Assembly (NCBI GenBank): GCA_040397625.1
Contig: JBBAVQ010000002.1
Location: forward strand, 5,112-37,138
From: Pirellulales bacterium
GTDB lineage: Bacteria > Planctomycetota > Planctomycetia > Pirellulales > UBA1268
Direction: 5' to 3'
Length of the DNA: 32,027 bases
The notes beneath the pieces are model-generated. The model was not told the DNA's origin. It did not search any database and saw only the letters and a program-made list of their open reading frames with translations. Made by a program: the position numbers and the translations under genes. The stretch's first letter is position 1; every line of letters begins with the position of its first letter. Below are positions 1-7,753 of the stretch, piece after piece.

Positions 1-52
1 CGGCATCCGGCGTGGTGCAGCGCAGGTTGAAAACCTACGCTACAGGAAACCA

Positions 53-829
53 TCAGCCGAGCGCGTCTTCGAGCGCCTTGAGCCGCGCGTGCAGCGCGGC
101 CACCTCGTGTTCCAGATCGGCGATCCGCCGCTCGAACTCGGCCGTCGACGGTCCCGGCACCGCGGGCGGCGAGACGGAGGCTCGCTCGGCCACTGCCGCG
201 GGCTTCGTCACCTCAGGCTCGTCATCAGCCGACGCGTCGGCCGACGGTGCCGCCTGGGCCGCAGCCGCCATCGCCAGGCCAAGCTCACGCCGCACCTTCT
301 CGAGCTTCTCCTCCGGCAAAAGCCCATGCGTCAGCATCCGGCCACGGCCGGGCGGCGACAGCCAGATCACCAGGCCCCGCTCGGCCAGCCGGTCGAGATG
401 GCCGCGGAGCGTGTCGAGATCGGGAATCGGATCCATCCGGCTGGCGCGGCCCCGCAGGTCGCCCTCGGTCTGCTCGCCCCTGAGCAGGAGTTCGCCCATG
501 ATCGCGAGTTCCTCCTTGCCGACGCCGAGCCACTCGTAGGCGAGATGCCGGTACCGGGGCAGCTTTCCGCTACCGAACACCTCCGCCGCCGCGCCGCACT
601 TTCGCAGCCCCTCGAGCGCGCGAGCCGCCTGCTCCTCGTCTACCGTCATCACCGGATCGCGGTTGCTCTTCTGATTGCAGCCGGTCACCACGCCGTTGAG
701 CGACAGCGGATACTGGTCGGGCGTGGTCTTAGCCTTCTCGATGAGCACGCCGAGCACCCGTCGCTCGAACGCGTCGAGCGGCCGGATGCTTTTCCCCGCT
801 GTCGTCGCCTCGCCCGTTCCCACTTCCAT
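53..829 (-). CDS. DUF480 (YceH/UPF0502-like) protein with a C-terminal coiled-coil tail
   Basis: The 258-aa ORF has an N-terminal block 'LDAFERRVLGVLIEKAKTTPDQYPLSLNGVVTGCNQKSNRDPVM' and a later block 'ELAIMGELLLRGEQTEGDLRGRASRM'. These closely match the two conserved repeats of E. coli YceH (LEKQ.TTP.QYPLS.NG...ACNQK.NREPVM; LLLRG.QTPGELR.R..RM). The C-terminus has a heptad-like 'FERRIADLEHEVAALHARLKALEDAL', as in YceH. An AGGAGG lies 4 nt upstream of the ATG. Confidence 0.85.
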   Translation of the reverse strand: MEVGTGEATTAGKSIRPLDAFERRVLGVLIEKAKTTPDQYPLSLNGVVTGCNQKSNRDPVMTVDEEQAARALEGLRKCGAAAEVFGSGKLPRYRHLAYEWLGVGKEELAIMGELLLRGEQTEGDLRGRASRMDPIPDLDTLRGHLDRLAERGLVIWLSPPGRGRMLTHGLLPEEKLEKVRRELGLAMAAAAQAAPSADASADDEPEVTKPAAVAERASVSPPAVPGPSTAEFERRIADLEHEVAALHARLKALEDALG

Positions 830-841
830 CGCTCCTCCTGT

Positions 842-1240
842 CTAGAGTCCGGTCAGGATCACCACCAGCGCCGCCAGCCCCACCGCCACCAGCGCCATGG
901 CCATGTAGCGAGCGATCGGTGGCCGGTCGGCGTAGCGGTAATCGTCGCTGGCGATCGCCTGCAGCATCCGCCGATGCTCCCACATCCCCGCCAGCGTGGC
1001 GGCGATCCCCAGTGTCACGAGCACGGCCCCGCCGATCCGGGTTCGGATCGCGGAGAAGCCGGCGAGTTTGCCGTCGAGTTCGATCGCTGCCTGCCCGAGC
1101 CGCTCGATGCCAAACCCGAAGCTGATCAGTGCCAGGCTGGTACGGATCCAGGCCAGGAGCGTCCGGTCGGCCGCCTCGCGGTTCCGCTCGCGGGCGAGCT
1201 CGTTGGCGAGTGATGTCGGGGTGTCGGGCAGGTTCGCCAT
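842..1240 (-). CDS. DUF202 (YidH-like) small inner-membrane protein
   Basis: The 132-aa ORF begins 'LANELARERNREAADRTLLAWIRTSLALISFGFGI', which is typical of the DUF202 N-terminus (ER...A.ERT.LAW.RT.L.L...G). Two further hydrophobic helices follow. The start lies 25 bp downstream of the A2M stop, and the stop lies 12 bp upstream of the DUF480 start. Confidence 0.75.
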   Translation of the reverse strand: MANLPDTPTSLANELARERNREAADRTLLAWIRTSLALISFGFGIERLGQAAIELDGKLAGFSAIRTRIGGAVLVTLGIAATLAGMWEHRRMLQAIASDDYRYADRPPIARYMAMALVAVGLAALVVILTGL

Positions 1241-1265
1241 GGGGAGCAGGATACCAGCCTCCCCG

Positions 1266-4200
1266 TCACTTCACCTCCAGCGGCACCGCAGCGGAGTGGG
1301 CGGAAAACTCGGGGGCATAGCGGCTCTGGATCCGCGCGAAGCCACTCGAGGCCGTGCCCCGGTGGGCCGCCCGCAGCGAATACTCGAAGACATGCGTGCC
1401 CCGGGGCAGCCGCTCGAAGAAGAACTGCGTGCTCGCGTCGCGAACGGCGAGATACCAGGCGGCCCCGTCGCCAAACCGCCAGCCCGAAAGCACGTCCACG
1501 GGCTCCGTCAGGCTCGGCCGGTGATCGGCGAGTTCGAGATACTCGTAGTCGCGGTCGCTCGTCACCACCAGCCGCACCACCAGTTCGTCGCCGGGCTCGA
1601 CCACGGTCGCCGGCTCGAGAACAGGCCCAGCCTTCGTGAACCGCTTCACGAACAGCTGCTTGTCGATCGCCAGCTCCTCCCGACCCGCTGCGGGCACGTT
1701 CGCGATGTCGTCGAGGTACTGCCAGTGGACGCCCCCCCAGGCCAGGCCGGCGTCGGGCTTTTTCATGACGACCTCGCCCATGGCGGGCAGGATCTCCCGC
1801 CGGACGAACCGTTCCTCGAAGAAGCCTGTCCCCGCCTCCACATTCGCGGGCTTCACGGCTTCACCGCCGACTGTCACAGCGACGAGTTCACTCGACCCGA
1901 GGAGATCCTTTCCCCGACCAAGCAAGGCCCCCACGGCGTCAGCCGTCGCCATGCTGCCGGGCCACCGGCTCGTCCGCTTCTGCGACAGGAGCCACGCCTT
2001 CATCGCGTCCACAGCGTCGGCATCGCCCGCGACCTCGTCGAAGGCCTCGATCATCACGCTCTGTGTCTCGATCGGCGCCGAGGCCCAGCTCCACCAGGCC
2101 GGATGCTGGTCCCGCCACCACATGCCCTGCCACGAATCCTTCTCGCTGCCCGGCTTCACGTCGGCGTCCACCGCCCGCTGCTTCAGGCTGTCGATGATGG
2201 AACGGGCCGTATCGCGGTCGCCGGAACGGTGCAGCGCGAGGGCCACGTGCCCCTGCGACCGGCGGCCGAGTTTCATCCACGACTTCTTTCCCACGGCGAG
2301 CCCCCAGCGGATCGCGTCGGCGGCCTCGCCCTCCGGCGGCGCGTCGCCCTTGAAGAAGCTTCGCGCGAACAGGGCGTAGGCGCCGGTGGGCGTGAGCACG
2401 GGATCGTCGATGTCTTTGGCCCGCAGCTTCTCCTCGCGAAGCCGGCCGTCGAGCCAGGGGATCGCCGCCACCGCGGGCTGCACGTCGATCGCCACGCCAT
2501 TGGCCCGCAGGCGGCCGAAGCCGGCGATGATCGCGAGCGTGACAGGGTCGCAAGAACGGCCCCCGGGAAACCACGGCCAGCCGCCGTCACCGTTGCGGAG
2601 CGACTCCAGCCGCTCGAAGGCCGACCGCACCTCGTTCTCCGCCCGCGTGGCGTCGAACAGCAGCCCGATCCGTGCCCGGGCCTCGCGCTCGTCCACCGCG
2701 TCATGCACCCACGGCGTCTCCGCGAGCAGCGTCTTCACAAGATCGGTGTTCTTCTCCAGCGGGCTCTCCAGGGCCGCGGTGCCCTTCCACTGCTCAAAGA
2801 TCTTCGCGATCCGCGGGTCGGCCGTGGCCACGTGGCGGGCGTAGGCGTTGGCATAGAGCCTGGCGAAGAGCGTCTCGATGCTCTCATCGTTCTCCTCCAT
2901 GAGGCAGGGCAGGGCGAGCACGCCATACCATGCCGGGTTCGACGCCGCCTGCACGACGAACGACTCGCTCCTGATCTCCGTGCCGGCCGACTGAAGCAAC
3001 CGGTCGAGCTTCACCCGCCGCTCGCCCGGACCGCGGATCGTGATCGGCACGGTGTTGGTCACTGGCACCCGCCGCGGCAGCACCGCCACGAGAGCCTCTT
3101 CGCCGTCGGCGGCCCGCTTCGCCGAGGAGGTCGTGACACCCGTCGCCGTGTAGCGGAGCACGTCGGTGCCGTCGGCCACCTTCACGGTGAACACCAGCGG
3201 CTTCGATTCACCAGCCGCGAGGTCGAAGGCCTGCTGTCGCGGCCCCTCGATCAGCGCGTCTCGCGAGTCGCCCGTCCGCGCGTCGGCCAGCGCGAAGCTC
3301 ACGTCACCAGCAAATCGGCCGGTGGAGGTGTTGCTCACCTTCACCGGGATCTGCACGATGTCGCCCTCGCGAAGGAAGCGCGGCATGAGCGGCTCCACCA
3401 TCAGGTCCTTCGCCGACACGCATTCATCGACGAGCGTGCCGCTCCGCAGGGCCGCATCGTGGGCGAGCGCCTTGAACTGCCAGGTGGTGAGCGTGTCGGG
3501 GAGCGTGAACTCGATCGTCACGATCCCGTCGGAGCCCGACACGAGCGTGGGGAGAAAGAAGGCCGTCTCGGCGAGGTTCGTCCGGGGCGGCGGGGGCGAA
3601 CCGCGGCCCGCGTTGGCCGACGGCTGGCCTTCACCACCGTGGCGATCGGCTGCGGCTTGCATGCTGTCTCCCGCGGTCGCATCCTTACGGCGGATCTCCT
3701 GATCAAACGCAAAACTCCCCTGCTCGGCCGGCGCAGAAGCCGGCGCCGCCGCCGCCGCCATCACGGGACCGCCGCGTCGCATCCGCATCATCTGAATGCC
3801 GCCACCGCCGCCAAACCCACCCCTCGCCCAGCCGCCTCGGGTGGGTGAACCGAAGGGCGGCCGGAGTTCCCGGTAGCTGATCTCCACCTCGTCGAAGGCG
3901 AGATCCCAGCCGCCACGGACGCCGTTGAACGTGTTTGCCGAGTTGGTGAAGGCCACGTCGGCCGCTCCCCACTCGCTCCGAAAAAGTCCTTGGAGGCCGG
4001 CACCGGGGAACTGGTGCTCGGCGATCGCGTCGAGCGACTGGTCGTAGAGCAGCGCGAGCATCTCGGCGACGGCCGGCGCCTCGGGACCGGCGAGCGGATC
4101 GGCCACGCTCGTGATCTTCGCCCGCCAGACCTCCTTGGCCGCTGGCTCGAGCTTGCGAGTGAACCGCTCCCAGGTGATCGCGAGTTTCTTGTTCGTCCAC

Positions 4201-7200
4201 GGCACCTGCACCGTCTTCTGCTGGCGGTGAAGCCGACCGTCGCGAACGAGCCAGGCGGTCACGGTGAACCCGCCGCGATCCTCGTCGGCCACCGCCACAC
4301 TCACGGGCCACTGCGTCCGCCCCGGCTCCGTCCAGAATCGCTTCAGCACGCGGCCCGCCCGCGAGATCTCCACGAGCGCGCGGCCGCGGTCGTAGCCCGT
4401 GCCGAGAATCGCCTGAAACTCGCGGCCCGCCTCGACAGAATCTTTTTCGGCGGCCAGCGCAAACGGCCGCTTCACGCGATCACGATCGGCCGTGGGATCG
4501 ATCACCGTAAACGTCGACTCAGTCCGCACCTCGGGCACACCCTCCTTGCCGGGGACCGTGAAGATCGCCCGGTAGATGCCCGCCGGCAGGGTCGCCGTGA
4601 CCTCCGCCTGGCCCGTCTTGGCGTCGGTGGCCGCTTCGCGAGTAACCAGCGCCTCACCGAGCTGCCAGGTATCGGGATCGGCGGGCTTCGGCGCCGGCGC
4701 GGGCCGCAGATCGCCGGCCGCTGCCGCGGCCTTCGCCTTCCGCGCCGTGCCAAAGGGCCGCGCTGGCGGCGGCGTCTGGGGGTCGCCAAGGAGGTCGCCG
4801 CGGTCGACCGTAGCGGGCTGCACGAGGGCGTGGATCGCGAGCCTTCCCGCGGCGGCACGGGGCGAGCCGTCGAGCGAGCGGGTCACGAGCGTGAGGGTCA
4901 CCGGCGCTGCCGGCTGGCCCTGGTCGTCCTTCACGCCAGCCGCCACTGCCTGCCAGTCGCTCCGCTCGATCGCCGCCTCCACGTCGGTGTAGCCGGCTGC
5001 CACGTTCCGCGAGTCGCTCCGCGTCTCGCCGCTGGGATCGGTAACGTCGGCCACCACCTCGTAGGTGAACACCGGCAGCGCGGCCTTCGGCACGCTCCGG
5101 TCGGGCACGGCAGGAAACCGAATCGTGAACGTGCCGTCGGCACCGGTCACCTCCGTGCCCCGGGCAATCTTCCGCCCCTCGTTGCCGAAGGGGAGCCAGG
5201 GAAAGCACCAGCGGCACCACAAGGGCAGCCGCATGCGCCGCTCGACCCGCCACGACACCTTTGCGCCGGCCACCGGAAGGCCGGTGTAGGTGGTCGCCGT
5301 GCCGGAGAGGGCAACGGCCTCGCCGAGCCGCACCGTCTCGGTCGGCGGCGCGAGGTTCACCTGGAACTTTGGCCGCTTGTATTCCTCGACCCGCACCGCA
5401 ACGCCGCCATTGAAGCCCTCCGTCTCGGCCAGCAGCATCCACTGCCCCGGCAGCGCGCCGGTCGCGATCGGAAACGAGCCGTGAAAGGAGCCGAAGTCAT
5501 TCGTGACATGCTCGGCCTTCGCCACCTCCCGGCCGTTGGCGTCGCGAAGCGTGACCGTGGTTGCCCGCTTCGCAAGGGCGTGGTAGTCGCGGCGATCGTG
5601 ATCAAACGAGCCGATGATGCCCTTGTAGAACACCGTCTGGCCCGGGCGGTGGATGCCGCGGTCGGTGACGAGCACGATCGACGTGTCGGCCTGCGGCCGC
5701 TGGCGCCGCCAGACGTTCACCGGTTCGGCGGGAACCACGTGCGTTTTTCCGTCGAGCGTGGCCTTCGCCACGAGCAGGATTTCCCTTTCGGCCTCGGCAG
5801 CCAGTTCATAGCGGCCGTCGGCGTCGGTCGTGGCCGACCGCCGCTCGACGAATCCCGTCGGATTTCCCTGCTGCTCGCGCACGAAGATCGTCACCGTGGC
5901 CCCGGCGATGGGCTCGCCGGAGGCGATGTCCACCACGTGCCCGGCGAGCGACTCGCCCTTCGGGCCGTTCGGCGAGGCCTGCCCGGCGACGATTGCCAGC
6001 CGCGTGATCCAGACAAGCGTGGCGTGGACCACGTTGTCCTTCTCGCCGAAGCCGGGATCGTGGCTGGCGATCACCCAATAGGCACCAGGCTCCAGCGACT
6101 CCGGCTCGAATGCCGTCACGGGCACGTCGTGGTGCCGCGAGTGAAAGTCGGCCGTGGCGGGCACGTCGATCGCGACCGTCTTGATCGCGGGGAGCCCGGG
6201 GATCGTGGCCCGATCCTCGTCGTCGAGCCAGGCGGGGCTCGGCCTACCGGCACGGAGCCGCGCCGGCCAGTCGGCCTTGGCGAGCTTCAGGTGCACCTTC
6301 GTGAGGTTGCGGTACGTGACGCGGATCACGGGCCAGGGGGCCGCCCAGGCCTCCTCCGTGGCCAGCGCCAGTTCCCGCGACTCAATCTCCTTGATCAGGT
6401 TTCTACAGAGCTTTCCACCGGGGCTATCGGGGTGCCGTTCGACACCCTGCGCCGCGATGGCCCGGGCTTCGACGAGATCGTCGTGCCCGCGGGCGATCTC
6501 CGCCAGCGCATGCCGCGCCTGCGCCGCGATCTCATGATCACCCGCCTGCGACAGAAACGACTCCAGGGCGTCGGCTTTCCGGTCGGCCACGGTGATGTCG
6601 CCGGCATCCACCGCCACGCCCGCGGCCCAGAGGATCCGGTCGAGGTCGGCCGCGAGGAAGGCGGTGCGATCCGCGTCGGCGGCGTGAACGTCGAGCAGCG
6701 ACCGATAGAGTGCCGCCGCCTGCACGATCGGCGAGTCGGCGTCGGTGACGGCCTGGTCCGTGTCCGGTTTCCACGCCCGAAACTCGTCGGCCGTGCCGAG
6801 CGCCGGGCTCGTGGCCGCAAGTTCGAAGGCATCTTCGGGAGCGGTGAGCCCGCGTTCGCCCGACGAGGCAAACTCGATCGCGTCGCGGATCACGACGTCC
6901 CACACCGTGGGCCGATAGGCATCGGGCATCGTGCCCTTCGTGAGGATGGCCGACCAATCGCCAACCTTGAACGTCTTCAGTCCTTCGCCCTTCTCGACCG
7001 CCGCGACGAACCGGCGGCGAATCTCCGCCACGATCGTGGGCAGGTCCCATTCACCGATCCGCGCGAGATCGGCTGCGTCGGCCCCACCCGTGGTCCGCTG
7101 CTGGAACCGCCAGCGGTTCATCTGAAAATAGCCCCACGTCCAGTTGGCCTGGATCGCCTCGAGCACGTCTTGCGTCTCGGCGGGTGCCTTCGTGATCGCG

Positions 7201-7529
7201 GCGGCGAGCCGCACGAGCCTCTCGGGATCGTCGGGGGAGCGATCGCCGGTCTCGGTAAGGATCCGCGTAGCGATCGCCCGAGCCACTTCGGCCCATGCCT
7301 TGTCAGTCACGGCTGCCTGCTCGATGCCCGCGAGGGCCTCGGCGGCTGTCTTCGGCTTCCCCTCGTTCAGGGCCTCTTCGACCCGCTTCCAGGCCTCGGC
7401 CCGGGGACCGGGAGGCAGATCGTCTGCACGAGTTTGGTGACGCGGCACGGTCAATGCTCCGGAGATGGCGAGGCCACACAAAAAGGCGGCGAGTCGAACC
7501 GCACATGGGAAAACATTCCTCGCTCGCAT
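1266..7529 (-). CDS. Alpha-2-macroglobulin family protein (2087 aa), secreted, lacking the canonical CxEQ thioester
   Basis: The N-terminus is a signal peptide (MRARNVFPCAVRLAAFLCGLAISGA). A roughly 450-aa helical N-domain comes next, then a long beta-sandwich (MG-like) region. A Gly/Ala/Met/Arg-rich bait-like linker precedes the conserved block 'NLAETAFFLPTLVSG...TTWQFKALAHD'. A helical TED-like region follows ('RNGDGGWPWFPGG'), then a C-terminal 'LELADHRPSLTEPVD' MG8-like block. The thioester position reads 'LPCLMEEN' instead of CxEQ. Confidence 0.9.
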   Translation of the reverse strand: MRARNVFPCAVRLAAFLCGLAISGALTVPRHQTRADDLPPGPRAEAWKRVEEALNEGKPKTAAEALAGIEQAAVTDKAWAEVARAIATRILTETGDRSPDDPERLVRLAAAITKAPAETQDVLEAIQANWTWGYFQMNRWRFQQRTTGGADAADLARIGEWDLPTIVAEIRRRFVAAVEKGEGLKTFKVGDWSAILTKGTMPDAYRPTVWDVVIRDAIEFASSGERGLTAPEDAFELAATSPALGTADEFRAWKPDTDQAVTDADSPIVQAAALYRSLLDVHAADADRTAFLAADLDRILWAAGVAVDAGDITVADRKADALESFLSQAGDHEIAAQARHALAEIARGHDDLVEARAIAAQGVERHPDSPGGKLCRNLIKEIESRELALATEEAWAAPWPVIRVTYRNLTKVHLKLAKADWPARLRAGRPSPAWLDDEDRATIPGLPAIKTVAIDVPATADFHSRHHDVPVTAFEPESLEPGAYWVIASHDPGFGEKDNVVHATLVWITRLAIVAGQASPNGPKGESLAGHVVDIASGEPIAGATVTIFVREQQGNPTGFVERRSATTDADGRYELAAEAEREILLVAKATLDGKTHVVPAEPVNVWRRQRPQADTSIVLVTDRGIHRPGQTVFYKGIIGSFDHDRRDYHALAKRATTVTLRDANGREVAKAEHVTNDFGSFHGSFPIATGALPGQWMLLAETEGFNGGVAVRVEEYKRPKFQVNLAPPTETVRLGEAVALSGTATTYTGLPVAGAKVSWRVERRMRLPLWCRWCFPWLPFGNEGRKIARGTEVTGADGTFTIRFPAVPDRSVPKAALPVFTYEVVADVTDPSGETRSDSRNVAAGYTDVEAAIERSDWQAVAAGVKDDQGQPAAPVTLTLVTRSLDGSPRAAAGRLAIHALVQPATVDRGDLLGDPQTPPPARPFGTARKAKAAAAAGDLRPAPAPKPADPDTWQLGEALVTREAATDAKTGQAEVTATLPAGIYRAIFTVPGKEGVPEVRTESTFTVIDPTADRDRVKRPFALAAEKDSVEAGREFQAILGTGYDRGRALVEISRAGRVLKRFWTEPGRTQWPVSVAVADEDRGGFTVTAWLVRDGRLHRQQKTVQVPWTNKKLAITWERFTRKLEPAAKEVWRAKITSVADPLAGPEAPAVAEMLALLYDQSLDAIAEHQFPGAGLQGLFRSEWGAADVAFTNSANTFNGVRGGWDLAFDEVEISYRELRPPFGSPTRGGWARGGFGGGGGIQMMRMRRGGPVMAAAAAPASAPAEQGSFAFDQEIRRKDATAGDSMQAAADRHGGEGQPSANAGRGSPPPPRTNLAETAFFLPTLVSGSDGIVTIEFTLPDTLTTWQFKALAHDAALRSGTLVDECVSAKDLMVEPLMPRFLREGDIVQIPVKVSNTSTGRFAGDVSFALADARTGDSRDALIEGPRQQAFDLAAGESKPLVFTVKVADGTDVLRYTATGVTTSSAKRAADGEEALVAVLPRRVPVTNTVPITIRGPGERRVKLDRLLQSAGTEIRSESFVVQAASNPAWYGVLALPCLMEENDESIETLFARLYANAYARHVATADPRIAKIFEQWKGTAALESPLEKNTDLVKTLLAETPWVHDAVDEREARARIGLLFDATRAENEVRSAFERLESLRNGDGGWPWFPGGRSCDPVTLAIIAGFGRLRANGVAIDVQPAVAAIPWLDGRLREEKLRAKDIDDPVLTPTGAYALFARSFFKGDAPPEGEAADAIRWGLAVGKKSWMKLGRRSQGHVALALHRSGDRDTARSIIDSLKQRAVDADVKPGSEKDSWQGMWWRDQHPAWWSWASAPIETQSVMIEAFDEVAGDADAVDAMKAWLLSQKRTSRWPGSMATADAVGALLGRGKDLLGSSELVAVTVGGEAVKPANVEAGTGFFEERFVRREILPAMGEVVMKKPDAGLAWGGVHWQYLDDIANVPAAGREELAIDKQLFVKRFTKAGPVLEPATVVEPGDELVVRLVVTSDRDYEYLELADHRPSLTEPVDVLSGWRFGDGAAWYLAVRDASTQFFFERLPRGTHVFEYSLRAAHRGTASSGFARIQSRYAPEFSAHSAAVPLEVK

Positions 7530-7753
7530 GGTGGAAACCCCTCAACGGCCTGGTTTTTCAGTCCGCGAAGTCTACGCATCTGCCGAAAAACAGTCGCTGA
7601 AACCGCCGCGGGCTGCGCGTTGTTGCGATGAAAAACGAGTGCTAAACTTGGGGGTGGTACGAAGAACGGCGGAGCGCAACGCCGATTCCTTGGTTCGCAC
7701 GTGCAGAATGCCCCGGCCCCTCGGCAGGGGCGTGTCGGCAACGAGGAGTTCGC

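Noticed and set aside
7430-7529. Lipoprotein signal (lipobox) on the alpha-2-macroglobulin, as in ECAM-type A2Ms
   Set aside because: The only Cys in the h-region is in 'AAFLCGLAISGA'. The residues at positions -3 to -1 (A-F-L) do not fit the L-[AS]-[GA]-C lipobox, so I treat it as an ordinary signal peptide.
996-7631. Very long plus-strand ORFs (996-3848, 950 aa; 3990-7631, 1213 aa) antisense to the alpha-2-macroglobulin gene
   Set aside because: Their translations are Arg/Gly/Pro/His-rich with no recognisable domains or hydrophobic cores. They lie entirely opposite a gene with strong family signatures. Long open shadow frames are expected at this GC content.
7716-7731. Short hairpin GCCCCT-CGGC-AGGGGC upstream of the A1 ribosome-binding site
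   Set aside because: A 6-bp stem in GC-rich DNA is expected by chance, and there is no flanking U-tract or recognisable riboswitch-like context.
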